64,000 bases of DNA. Origin: Lama guanicoe (taxonomy: Eukaryota). Below the pieces are notes generated by a model, which was not told where the DNA came from, did no database searches, and saw nothing but the letters and a program-made list of their open reading frames with translations. Location: positions 6,404,399 to 6,468,398 of the forward strand of contig MU053934.1 in NCBI GenBank assembly GCA_013239625.1, given 5' to 3'. Both the position numbers and the translations under genes were made by a program. This document shows positions 1 through 12,345 of this stretch, piece by piece (within the stretch, counting starts at the first letter, position 1; every line of letters starts with the position of its first letter).

Positions 1-944
1 CACGGACTCACCCTGCCTAAGACTACGTGCAGGTCACCCCCTCTTTGGACTTGGACTTGTTTCTTCCTGTGTAACAGTTACCACCGCCACCACTTTAAAG
101 CACTTCTGTGCCAGGCATTGTTCTAAGTGCTGTGCACATAATAACTCATTCAAAAGAGTGCTTGAATTAGCACTCACAGGGTGATTCGAGCTGTGTACCT
201 GAAGTGTGGATGTGCTAACAAGGTATTAAAAGCAGAAACAATGGGTGACAACACTAATGAGCTCTTTTCCAGCTTAAAAAAAAATCACATTTAAATTCTG
301 TCTATATACACACATATACTCATACACACACTTGAGAGAAATTGCAGTAAAAATCAACAACAAAAGCTTTTTAAGCAACATATTCCAACAAGTTCCTCTT
401 GCATCGTGCACCTTTTTTCATCCTAACATTCAGCACCTGGCCCTGGCAGGTGTTTGCACAGGGTTTCTCTGCCAGAACATGTGCTTCTTGAAGGCGTTCA
501 GTTCTGTATCTGGCACACAGTAGGCTCGGCTGTTTGTTGAATGCACATCCTAAGGGATGTGTCTGTTTTGGTCTGTCTTTACTTGAAAAAAGAGAGATGC
601 TGTTTAAGAAAGGAGCATCTTTTCAAGGCACAAGTTCTCATTTGGAGAATAATTTATTAATTTGAGAGGAAGTTATACTTGTGAAATACAGCCAGGCAAA
701 AATCTCTCTCCCCTACTCCCCCGTGAGTGAGTTTCATGCGTGTTACCCTGAGATGAATCTTCTTCCATTAGCATTGAACTTAATATCCGAGGTAATGAGA
801 TGGATTACATAAGTGCCCCCTCCACACACACCTAGGTTCTCCTCACTTTACTGTCACTGGAGATCTGTCTTGCATCTTTCCTCCAAGTTGTGATGAGAGT
901 AAATGTAAAATCCAAGCAGTGTTTGTTTTGTAGGGGAAATAGCG

Positions 945-1125
945 TGCATGGAGGAGAGACTCAGAAACTAAATACAGATATAAATTCAAATCTGAGCTCA
1001 GCCACTTTGTAGCTTATGTGGGGGGCTTGGGCAAGTAAGTTTCTGAACCTTATTTTCCTCTCTTATAAAGTAGGATAATAATACTAGCCTGGGCTTATGT
1101 AAAGTACTAAGTAGGTGTTAGTAGT
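945..1125 (+). mobile_element. MIR SINE
   Basis: ttcaaatctgagctcagccact...ttgggcaagt...tctgaaccttattttcctc...taaagtaggataataata. Confidence 0.7.
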
Positions 1126-1888
1126 ACCCATTATGTTGTCCACATAGAATCAATATGAAATGGATTTAATTTCAGTCATAATCATCTCTGTACATTTAAA
1201 TAAAATGTAAATATGATTTCTAATTAGAAAATACGTTTATTAGCTTTGTCACTGAGCTGTTTTTGCTTTTAAACATCAATAGTATGACTGTTGGCTTCTA
1301 TTCAAAGGTTAAATTGGAATCCAACCTGGAGAGATCTCTTTTTCAAGTTATGTTAAAAAAAAAACTATGAAAGAATCAAATATCAAATACATTTTATTAT
1401 GTGCTGGACATATTCCTATATATTAATATATGTCCATCAGAGTTTGGATTATTCCCGTATTTATAAGTAAAAAATCTGAGTTTCAGGGAGATTAATTAAC
1501 TTTCCAAAGGCAGCACAGCAATTATGTTACTAGATTCACAGCCTGGCCTTGCTGGTTCCACAGCCAGTTCTCTCTTTTTTTTTTTTTTAAATTTAAAGTT
1601 GAGAATCCTCATTCTGTTTGGCCTTCCAGTTAGTTCTTGGTGTAACTTTTTGAGATTCTGCTTTTCTCCTTTAATATGATTCTTTGCCACACTTCCCTCA
1701 CACAGTCCCTAAGAGGTGGCCTGTTTGCTAGTGTTGATGATTTTTTAGAGCCTCATACATAACCAGGACTTTTCTTTAATCAGTTTTCAGAAGAATCTCT
1801 TCATCAGTTGAAGAAGTTTTTGTTTCAGCTATTTTGATGTTCTCCTCTCAAGTGAGAATTTAGCCCTAAGTTTTTGCTTGGAATGATT

Positions 1889-2347
1889 TCCTTTTTTTTA
1901 AATTGAAGTATAGTTGATTTACAGTGTTGTTAGTTTCAGGTATATAGCAAAGTGATTTAGTTATAAATGCATATATATATATTCTTTTTCAGATTCTTTT
2001 CCATTATACGTTATTACAAGATGTTGAATATAGTTTCCTGTGCTATACAGTAGGTCCTTGTTGTTTATCTGTTTTATATATAGTAGTGTATATATGTTAA
2101 TCCCAAACTCCTAATTTATCCTTCCCCCCTTTCCCCTTTGGTAACCATAAGTTTGTTTTCTATGTCTATGTGAGTCTATTTCTAGTTTGCAAATATGTTC
2201 ATTTGTATAATTTTTTTAGATTCCACATATAAGTGATATCATATGATATTTATCTTAATTTGACTTCACTTAATCTCTAGGTCCATCCATGTTGCTGTAA
2301 ATGGCATTATTTCTTTTTTATGGCTTAGTATTCCATGGTATGTGTGT

Positions 2348-2393
<46 letters not shown>

Positions 2394-2678
2394 ACACACA
2401 CACACACACACACCCCCTACATCTTCTTTATCCAGTCATCTAGATAGACATTTAGATTGCTCCATGTCTTGGCTATTGTATATAGTGCTGCTATGAACAT
2501 AGGGGTGCATGTATCTTTTCAAATTATAGTTCCCTCCAGATATATGCCCAGGAGTGGGGTTGCTAGATTATACAGTAATTCTATCTTTAGTTTTTTAAGG
2601 AACCTCCATGCTGTTTTCCGTAGTGGCTGCACCAAATTACATTCCCAACAATGGCTTAGTATTCCATGGTATGTGTGT

Positions 2679-2724
<46 letters not shown>

Positions 2725-3214
2725 ACACACACACACACACACACCCCCTACATCTTCTTTATCCAAATCTAGATAGACATTTAGATTGCTCCATGTCTTG
2801 GCTATTGTATATAGTGCTGCTATGAACATAGGGGTGCATGTATCTTTTCAAATTATAGTTCCCTCCAGATATATGCCCAGGAGTGGGGTTGCTAGATTAT
2901 ACAGTAATTCTATCTTTAGTTTTTTAAGGAACCTCCATGCTGTTTTCCGTAGTGGCTGCACCAAATTACATTCCCAACAGTGTAGAAGGGTTCCCTTTCT
3001 CCACACCCTCTCCAGCATTTATCATTTGTGGATTTTTTAATGATGGCCATTCTGACTGGTGTGAGGTACCTCATTGTAGTTTTGATTTGCATTTCTCTGG
3101 TAAGTAGTGATGTTGAGCATCTTTTCATGTGCCTATTGGCCATCTGTATGTCTTCCTTGGAGAAAGGTCTATTTAAGTTTTTTGTCCAATTTGATTGGGT
3201 TGTTTGTTTTTATA
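1889..3214 (-). mobile_element. 5'-truncated LINE-1 (ORF2 C-terminus and 3'UTR), antisense in SREBF2 intron 1
   Basis: Minus-strand ORF2 remnants [13 protein letters not shown]...CWRGCGE and [24 protein letters not shown]; poly-T at the left; TSD tgcttggaatgatt (1875-1888) / tgctcagaatgatt (3215-3228). Confidence 0.92.
2320..2979. repeat. Tandem duplication (331 + 329 bp), each copy containing a (TA)16/(CA)n microsatellite
   Basis: Copies 2320-2650 and 2651-2979 appear identical by eye except ccagtcatct versus ccaaatct. Confidence 0.95.
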
Positions 3215-5084
3215 TGCTCAGAATGATTCTTAATGAGCTCATGATGTTTGGGACCCTTGGAGGAGGCGAGCAGCCCCCTGTACAAACTAGGGTGAGCAAC
3301 TGCTGAGCTGCGGGGCTCCCGATCCTAGAGCTGGACAAATTTCTATGGCTTTTCCTTCTTTAAAGGAGAAAGACCAAGTTCATTACCATGAGCTGCAGAA
3401 CTTGTGATTGTGTTCCGACTACGTGCTCGCCTGGTGGCCTCCAGTGACCCATTTGCTTCAGCCACCTGCCATGCAGCTCCAGGCCTCCAAGCCTTGGCTT
3501 AAGAGATTCCCTGGGCCTGGAATGCACCTTGCATCCTGATCAGCCTTCAGTCCAGCTTCATCAGAAAGGTGCTTGACCTGCTGGAGTCACAGAGGAGGAG
3601 GTCCCCTGTGTCCTCCTTGTCTGCTGTGACAATCACCACAGCCATATTGTGTCACTTTTACTAACTCCTTGAGGTGAAGGGTGTTTTGTCATCTCTGTGG
3701 GCTGGCACACAGTGGATGTTCAACATATTTAAAACCTTTTGCATTTACTTAACCTGCTTCACCAAAAGTGGAAGCTCTGTAGAAATTGCATAGATTTATC
3801 TAGATTTTCCAGGATAACCCAACTTTTGAAAATATTTGTCCCATAGTGAAGTGGTGTCCCTTCCAGTTTTGGTTCAGAAAGCATGTTTCTATAGATTGCA
3901 TGAAAGTTGCATTTGAGTGCATCTCAGTGAATCAATGCCAGCTTTTCTAACAGCCAGAATCCTTTATGCCTGTTGTGGTACCTGGGAGTGGAAGATTTTG
4001 TATATGCACTTGTAGAACACAAGATATAAGAAAAGCATTAAAAAATATATCTTACTGTATGTAATGTGGCAAAATAAAAAATTTTAAAGTTAAAAACATA
4101 CTTTTTTATTAATATATCATTAGCACATGTCAAAGATTTATTAACATTATTGAGAAAACCAGCAGGATAACAAAGCTAGATCCAAGGAGGATGCAAGAAA
4201 CTGATACTTATGTGGTAGAAAAGGAATAACATTGCAAATTTAGATGCATAACTGGTTAATGTCCTACAGGGCAATAAAAACAAAGCTTTCAAAGTTATCT
4301 TTTTTACCAGACAGAAATCATTTGCAACTTGTTAATTTTCTACAGATGAACATCAAATTTTATAGAATGTGCACTTATCAGTAGTAAATATGAAGTCAAA
4401 TAAGTTTATGTTTCCGTAGAGCATCAGATGACCTTGAGGTAGGCAGGTTAGAGAGTGCTCTGGTATGACTTTAAAGAGACACAGTACTTTTTACTCCTTA
4501 TTTTCAAATTTTGGGGTTTTTTTTTAGCAAATAATTATCACAGTTGGGTTCAAGAGCTAAAAGATGGCTGGATCTGAGGTGGAAAAGAGTCCTTGGTGAA
4601 AGTAATTATAAGTCGTTTTGAAATGGAATTGTGCAATTAAGGAAGAGGGTGGTAACCAGCGGAAAGGGTGAGGCAAGATCACCTTCCCCACCCCCAAAGG
4701 CAGGTGGTGGGTACTTTTCCGGGCGGATGATGAGCTAAGGTGAGTGAGAAGTGAAATCCCTTGGAGTAGGAGGGAGCAATTGGTAGGAAACTATGAAGCT
4801 GGTGTTTAAGAAATTTGATTTGCTTTGAAAGTCTGTTAGACCAACAAGGTACTCAAAGAAGACGACTGTCACTGGGTTGGAGGCTGCAGTTGAAATCAAG
4901 GCAGGGTGTGGACGTAGAGCAAAGAGTTAACTGTGATACTGGAAGGAGAACTGCCAGAAATTCATAGTGAACTCATGGCAGAGGGAAGCGGAAGAATGAG
5001 CAATTGAAGGTAGTGCTGAAGATCGCTCTCTTGATTGAAACACAAGAGCTGGTTCAGGTCCCCTGCATGTTGGATCAGAGAAGC

Positions 5085-5582
5085 TGTAAGCAGATAAATC
5101 AGGGGGTCCCTAAGAAATAGAACCAGGAATGGCTTTCTTGACATGAGAAGCCATTTTGGCCTAAGCCATTTTGTGATCTAAGCCTGACTGCAATGCTTGC
5201 CCTTGAACAGGTCTTAGTAATTAATGATCTTGAGGGACAGAGGAATGCAGGCACAGAGAAAAGGCAAACAGGATTGCAGTGATAAAGCAGAGCCCTAGTG
5301 CCTCCTCAAGGGATATACATAATAGTAGATCTTCGAGTTCTGCTGGAACTAAGGACCCTTGCCCCAGTTCTATGCTGAATTCTCCTCTGCTCAAGCGCCC
5401 TCATGAATAGGCACGTACCTTTAGCTTAAAACTCCCCAAATTTTGCTGTTCAGGAAGAGGTTACTTTGGGAAAGATCCTTACTTGCTGCAAGTAATAATA
5501 AATCCTTCTGTCTCCTACTCTGGCTTGGTTGTATCTTGTGGCTGGACACCCAATAAAAAGCGAACCCAGTTTTCGGGTAACG
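5085..5582 (+). mobile_element. Solo LTR, ERV1-like
   Basis: Starts TGTAAG, ends GGGTAAC(G); 4-bp TSD AAGC at 5081-5084 and 5583-5586; AATAAA at 5497 and 5552. Confidence 0.8.
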
Positions 5583-6639
5583 AAGCCAGGACTGGCCAGC
5601 TGATCTAGGGCCCTCTGGGGCTGCCTGTGATACCCAACCTGGGCAGGTGGGGAGAGAGCCCGACCAAACAGACTAGAGACCATTTGAGAATGACTTGGCT
5701 TTCCTGTGTGTTTTGTTTTTCTCTTAATTTTCAAATGTTTTATTTTATTATGTAATACTTGATATGTGCAAAGGAATATATGACACATTTGTATGTGTTA
5801 TGAAACACAAGCATTTGAGAATTCCCACCTCCCCACCCAGTTTTCCTTTGTGATTTCTTTGCTAGTAAAAAGAGTTTACTCATCCCTTGCTTAAAATATA
5901 GGATGCCTGAGTCACTAGTTTGCCATACTGTGTCATTTTGGCACCTCGTCCAGACTCCCTTTCCCCAGGACGGTGACCCAGAATCTCCTCAAAGTACACA
6001 ATGCTGTCCATGTGCTCTGAGCTTCTTACCAAATGAAGGAGCCTGCTGGTGTTTGAGTGGAGCGATTTTAGGCACCAGTGTTATAACTGTCCCCTTTGTT
6101 CCTTATGTTATTGCTTGCATTCCAGGGTTTCTATGTTGAAGGGTGTGGTTGACAGCCCAGCTCCTTAACTTCTCCTCTGGTGACTTGAATGGTAATAACT
6201 TAAATCCTGAATAAACAGTGATGATCACAAATAGCAAAATGGTGGAAAAGTGAAAAGTTGTCTCACCATTGATCGTTAAGTTTCATACAAGTCTACTTTT
6301 GATTTTTTTTTGATTTTAAGATTTTTTTTTAATTATTAGAAAGAAATATCCTAGGAGGGAAGATAGAATCATCATCTTGAAAGCAGAATAGTTGTTGCTC
6401 AAGAAGGATACTTTTTGAGGACTAGACTTTGTGTTTACTCCCCTCCCCCCAACTTGTTGTGGTCCATCTCATTTCCAACGATCTGTACACATCACACACC
6501 ATGCTTCTGTGTTCTTATGTTTGTTGGGCAGATCTAATGTCAAAGATGAAATGAACAAAAGTAAGTGAAGAAAGTTTAGGTCAGCATTCTTATAATCTTG
6601 TGGATGAGGAACAGAAACCATGTAATTTTACTATGCAGT

Positions 6640-7490
6640 ATTAAAATTATGCAACATACACATTCCTAAAAATCACTGCCCTGTGCAAAATTATGCAATA
6701 AAAACCACAGGGCTTATGGGGAAAATGGGGTTAGGGTCACAACACTCAAAAACTTCACAGATAAGAGAAAAAAAGGCAACAGAAAAAATAAATAGATATT
6801 CTGAAAAAAGGGACGTACAGACTACCATGTGTACGATAAATAAGCTACAAAGATACATTGTACAGCACAGGGATTATAACTGATACTTAATAACTTTAGA
6901 TGGAGTATAATCTATAAAAATTTTGAATTACTAATTGTACATCTGAAACTAATATATTGTAAATCAACTATACCCCAATAAAAATAATTATAATAAAAAT
7001 TAAAGTCTACAAATAAATGTCAGATATAAACCTAAAAATAGCATAGTTTTGCAGATGTTAAGTGGCTAAGTAATACATAAATTCTATAATAAATATAGCA
7101 CCCTACCTTGAAAAATATCTGAGGTTTGCTTGTGGAAGTGGGCGTGGGAAGGATTTGGCTTGTGAGTTACTGTGAAGTGATGGAAGGAGGGTTATCTGAA
7201 GTCAGATGGGAATTTCAGATCCCAGATGTGGTTATAATTCATAACACATGCACATGACCTGACGGAGCTGGTGGATGTTTAAGGTGTGTGCATTTTTTTG
7301 TTTTGTTTTCCTGTGTGGCTCATTTGAGCTGGGTAGGGTTTTCTGCATTTTTTAGTGTTTCTTTCATGCACAAGTAAGCACAAAATTCATGTTATGTGCA
7401 TATTGTTCCCTGATATGTCCAATGCATTGGAACAAATTTGAATTTTCAAAAAAAAAAAACAAAGCAAAACTAACTTGTAAAACCCACTAT
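6640..7490 (-). mobile_element. Tigger13a-like DNA transposon, interrupted by an L1 3' fragment
   Basis: Segments such as aataaaaaccacagggcttatggggaaaatggggttagg, tgcttgtggaagtgggcgt and ggagggttatctgaa match my recollection of the reverse-complemented Tigger13a consensus; boundaries approximate. Confidence 0.65.
6810..7010 (+). mobile_element. Short LINE-1 3'-end fragment
   Basis: gtacagcacaggga...tgtacatctgaaactaat...tgtaaatcaactata followed by an A-rich tail; resembles the 3' end of the L1 at 60750-60910. Confidence 0.8.
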
Positions 7491-7499
7491 ATAAAACAT

Positions 7500-7660
7500 G
7501 TACTAGCTAATACTGAGTGCCTTGCACCGTGCCGTAGATTCTATGTGAATTATCTCTCAAGAACATGACAAGTTAGGTATGATTGATAGCCACATTTTAT
7601 AGATGAGAAAACTGTGGCTCAGAGAGGTAAAACTTTCCCCAAGTTACAAGGCTAGGACAG
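7500..7660 (-). mobile_element. MIR SINE
   Basis: cattttatagatgagaaaactgtggctcagagaggtaa core. Confidence 0.7.
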
Positions 7661-7699
7661 GGTAATTCACAATGATTATGTCATTCTTTTTCCTGAACA

Positions 7700-8480
7700 A
7701 CAACAAAAAAAGTGGGGCAAATATTTGCAAATATATAAGAAAGAGCAAGTATCCATAATATATGAAAGTTTTTCAAATCAGTAAAAAGAGACAATGCCCC
7801 AATAGAAAAATGAACAAAGGTCAAAAGCAGGCAGTTTACAAAGAAGGAATACAAATGGCCAATAAAATGGGGAGGGGTGGTGTTCCACCTCATTTACTAC
7901 TCACTCATGTAAGTCAGAACAATTAGATGTCATTTTTTCCCACCATCAAATGGACAGGAATAAATGTGGGGGAACACTGGCAGGAGGATGGATTGTTACA
8001 ACCTTTCCAAAATACACATACCTGTCCTTTGACCCAGCCACCTAATTTCTAGAAATTTATCCTAAGAAAGTAATCAGGTAAGTGGGAAAAGATTCTTGTA
8101 CAAGATTTTTGTCAGAGTTGTTAATAATGCTGACGAGTTGAAAACACTTACCCATCATCACCAAGTGGTTAAGTTCTAGTGCATTATTACACCACAGTAC
8201 AACACAGTGTAACACATGGGACTCCCCAAAAGGGTGATGTTATATCCATGATGGTTGACCCTAGATACTCTTCATGTTTTATTAAGCAAAGGGAGCAAAG
8301 ACAGGATAGCATCTTCTGCATGATTACATTTTGGTAAAACAATTTGCATATGTGTGCAAGCTTGTGTTTGCAGCAAGCTAGGTAGAAGAAGTCTGGAAAG
8401 ACGCACATCAGAACATTGACAGGAGAGGTCTCAGGACTGTGGAATTGCTGGATGGTTTGTTTTCTTTGTTTTTTCATATA
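7700..8480 (+). mobile_element. Old degenerate L1M fragment
   Basis: L1 ORF2 and 3' hallmarks (ccaatagaaaaatgaacaaagg, cctttgacccagc...ttctagaaatttatcctaag); boundaries approximate. Confidence 0.6.
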
Positions 8481-11400
8481 ACTTTTTTCTAGATTTCTCT
8501 GTAGTGAATGTTACTTTTATGATTTAAAAAAGAAAATATTTCAAAACATTGTCTAACACAAGGTCCATAATAAATAGAAAATGTAAGAATAAATGACCTT
8601 TGTGAAATACTTCTTCTAGCACCTAATAGGGCTATATGTAACAAACACCCAAGAAAGAGTTTTTGACTACATTTTGGAGGCAATGTTACCCCAACTGGGG
8701 CTTCACATTCTTTATTCCTGACCATAATTAATCTGACCAGATTTCAAATTGCCTCATTCTCAAGTAGATGCCAGTAGACTGAGCCAGACAGTGACTTGTG
8801 TTATTTCCAGGTCATAAGCTCTGTAAAGTGCATGTGGACTTGGGGTCTCTGGATGAAGCTTGGGACTGTCAGGCATAGGTGACAGGGGCCGGAGTCTCTA
8901 ATTTTGGTTACCTGCTTTTAAAGACCCCGATTTATTTTCTTTGTCCCAGCCTTAGTTTAAGAATCAGCTAAGCACAGGAATGTGGCTGGAGGGGGATAGG
9001 AGAGGTGGGAGGGGTGGGGTGGTAACTGACAGGGGCACCCCTCCTAGGTGAGCTGGGGTCTGCAGGCCTGGGGCTGCCAGCCCAGCTCCAAGGAGGCCTG
9101 TGTCTGGCCTTGCGCTCTGAGGGCCGCCGCTCATCATGCAGGAACCAGAACTTCATTTTCAAAGCTCCATAAAGACTGTGCCTCCTCCCAGGCCTCCCTT
9201 TTCCAGGCTTCCTGGCTGTCTGTAGAGATGAGAGCCTGTGTGATCACAGCGCTGAGCAATCGGAGCGGGGGAGGCACGGACACGCTAGGGTTCCCACGGG
9301 GTAGAGCTGGCATGTACAGAGCGGAACCGCGCCTGGGGCGGACTCCCGTGCCTCTGGGCAGCAGGCGTCTGCACTCCTTGTCACTGCGGGCCAGATGGGG
9401 ACCCAGGGCCCTGTGCACTCTGCTGGAGCTGTGGCTCCTAGAACCTCTTCCTTACTTCTTCCTTCAAATGCTCAGTCTTAACAGCCCCTCCGAGCCACTC
9501 AGCCCGGTGCCATCTGCGTGGCTGGAGATAGCGCCACTGGAGCTCATCATGTGTGGGTTGAAAAGGATTTTTTTTTTTCAATTTAAGCAGTCGCAGTCCA
9601 TCTGCCTACATACAACACACTTAACCTGCTTCGTGAACTAAGCTTCATGACCTCTTCAGGCTACTTCACCAGCCAGCCCATATCTTACCCCACAAAAGGT
9701 TTTGGAGAGCACTTGACGGACAAGTGGAGCCAAGTGCCCGTGTAGGGATGCCCTAGAAGCACCGCTAAGAGGGACCTTTATGAGGATCGGCCCCTCACCA
9801 AGCACTTTGCATGAATTATCTTATTAATCCTCACAACAAAGCCAAGTGAGTCTTTTTAGGGCAGCCACTTGTGAGAACCCGGGTGTAAAGAGAAGTGACT
9901 TGCAGGCCTTCACACATCTGGTCAGATGGGCCCTTTGAGACCCACATTGTGCCAAAGCCTGTGTCCATCTACCAGGTCTCTTTTGCCTTTTGCTCTTCTT
10001 TGCTTTCCGTGGATTAGAACAATCAACCAGGGAGTAATGTTCTTTTGGCTCACAAAGCAGTTCTCTGTTGTTGATTCCCCAGAGTCGGGTTTTATGGGAG
10101 TTCTGGAAAGCTCGACAAATTATTGGGTTTCTCTTAATCACTTTCTTAAAGTGTTTTATAATCTTGTGTTGTTCTTGGAATGTGTCAGCACTAAATTTTG
10201 TTTTGTTTAAATTTTGTGCTGAGTTTGAGGATAGCTCTTAGTTTAATCATGCACAAGAAATTGGAATTGGTTGGTACGAGTTACAATATCTGTGGCATTC
10301 TGCCCATTTCTCCCTCCCACACACAACAGACTGAGTGAGGACAGAGCAGAGTGTCGAGGTGTTGGTAAGTAATGCCACTGTGTAGTCATTTAATCTGGTG
10401 AGATGCTGTTTTGCCGGTTGGTTGAACTGACTAAACACTGAACGTGCTGAGCTGCTAGGCTCTGGTTATCCGACATGGAAGTCATACTAGAAACCACTAG
10501 CTTTCTGCTTGCCTAGTGTAAGACTTCATATCCCAGATTGCCCCCACACCCCCACCCCTCATGATGCTGGAGACGTAGGAATGACTTGCTGGTAGAGGCT
10601 TGGAGAATGAATGGAGATAGTGTTTGGGGGTTTTGTTTGTTTTTTTTTCTTTTTGGTGACCAAATCAGAGCATCCTGTGGCCTTCAGTGTTCTGAGAGGA
10701 GCGTGCCACAGTTTAGGAACAAGCAGTAGCTTCTTGGGAGTTTATTGGAGAGGAAAGGGGGAGAGAATGTGGACAGGGTAGAGAATTGTAAAATTACCTG
10801 GGACAGAGTTGAGGTCCCAGACTCCTTATGGGGACCAGCCCTCTGGGGAGGAAGAGGGCATGAGAAGTGAGTTGTTCATTGTGGATTAGGTGCAGTAAAT
10901 CTTTGGGAGGATGAATCAGGGGAAGAGGCCCTGGAAGCAGGCTTGAAGGCCTTTGGACAGGTACTTGGAGCATGATCTGGAAGGGAACAAGGCCTCCAGG
11001 TGGACACATCCCTTTGGCCCCAGAGACTTCTTGCCCAAAGGGAGGGGGCACAGCCAGGAGAGTCCAGGGCCCAGGTTGTTCTGCCTTGACCTGACAGTGA
11101 ATGCACTGAGGTTCAACAGAAGGCCGTGAAGCTGCAGTTCAGAGAACTGTTTCTGATCCCTGCTGTGCCCTGAGGTGCTGTGTGACTTTGGCCAAGTGAT
11201 TTCCCTGTTCTGGACTTCACATGTGATCTTTCCATCCATTCCACCCTGAAAGTTCCATGATTCCGAGGTCATCAACTTTGTCATCCCTGAGTGCTCCTGA
11301 GGGCACCAACAGTGCCCAGGGATATTCTCATCTTGGAGAGAAGGCCCAGAACTTACCTGTGGTGAGGAGGGAAGGCTGCCCATGGCGAGGAGAGTTAGGG

Positions 11401-11883
11401 TCTGGCACAGCTTTGCAGCGAGACCCACGTGACTCCTGCTCTGCTACCGGAGCAGCACTGAGACTGGAGGTGGCCTCACAGTGCAAGGCTACAAAGCTCC
11501 GAAGACTCAGGGCAGCGACTACCCACTTTCTGCCCCAGTGTCCCCAACTGTAGAATGGGACCAACAGTCCCCTCCAAAAGCAACACTCACATAGCACAGA
11601 GGTAGCTCCTGTTAGGTCTGATACAGACCATCAGGAAGGTGGGTAGAAAGGTGGCTTGGAGGTGGAAGGAGAGAAGAACATCAGACAGATGAAGTTCTGT
11701 CACACTCTTACATGGTTAGACTTCTTGGCCCAGTTGATTCCCTGCACGAGAAGAGAGGTGACCCATTTCTGCTGTGGTCTTGGAAAAACCGTTGGATTTT
11801 CATGTCTCAGTTTCTTAGGCAAATTTGAAAGTTAATAGATATTTTGGTTGGCAGTTAAAATTACCCTTTCCATGTGTTCACAG

Positions 11884-12345
11884 AGATGCTGCAGTTTGTC
11901 AGCAATCAAGTGGGAGAGTTCCCCGACTTGTTCTCAGAGCAGCTGTGCAACTCCTTCCCTGGTGGCAGCAGCGGTGGTGGCACCAGCGGCGGTGGCACCA
12001 GCGGCAGCAGCAATGGCGGGAACAGTGGTGGTGGAGCCGGAGCTGGAGCCGGGGACCCCTCAATGCAGCGACCCTTCAGCCAAGCCACCTTACCTTCCTT
12101 CTCTCCCTCGGCCGCCACCCCGCCGACCCCAGCCCTACAAGTCAAGGTCCCCCCGACCACGGTTCCCACTCCACCAAGGGCGACTCCCGTTCTTCAGCCC
12201 CGCCCCCAACCGCAGCCCCAGCCCCAGCCCCAGGCTCAGCTGCAGCAGCAGACAGTAATGATCACCCCGACGTTCAGCACTGCCCCCCAGACGAGGATCA
12301 TCCAGCAGCCTTTGATATACCAGAATGCCGCTACCAGCTTTCAAG
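11884..12345 (+). CDS. SREBF2: SREBF2 exon 2 (end of acidic activation domain, Gly/Ser- and Pro/Gln-rich region)
   Basis: cacag|AGATGCTG ... TTTCAAG|gtgact; encodes (E)MLQFVSNQ...QNAATSFQ. Confidence 0.96.
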
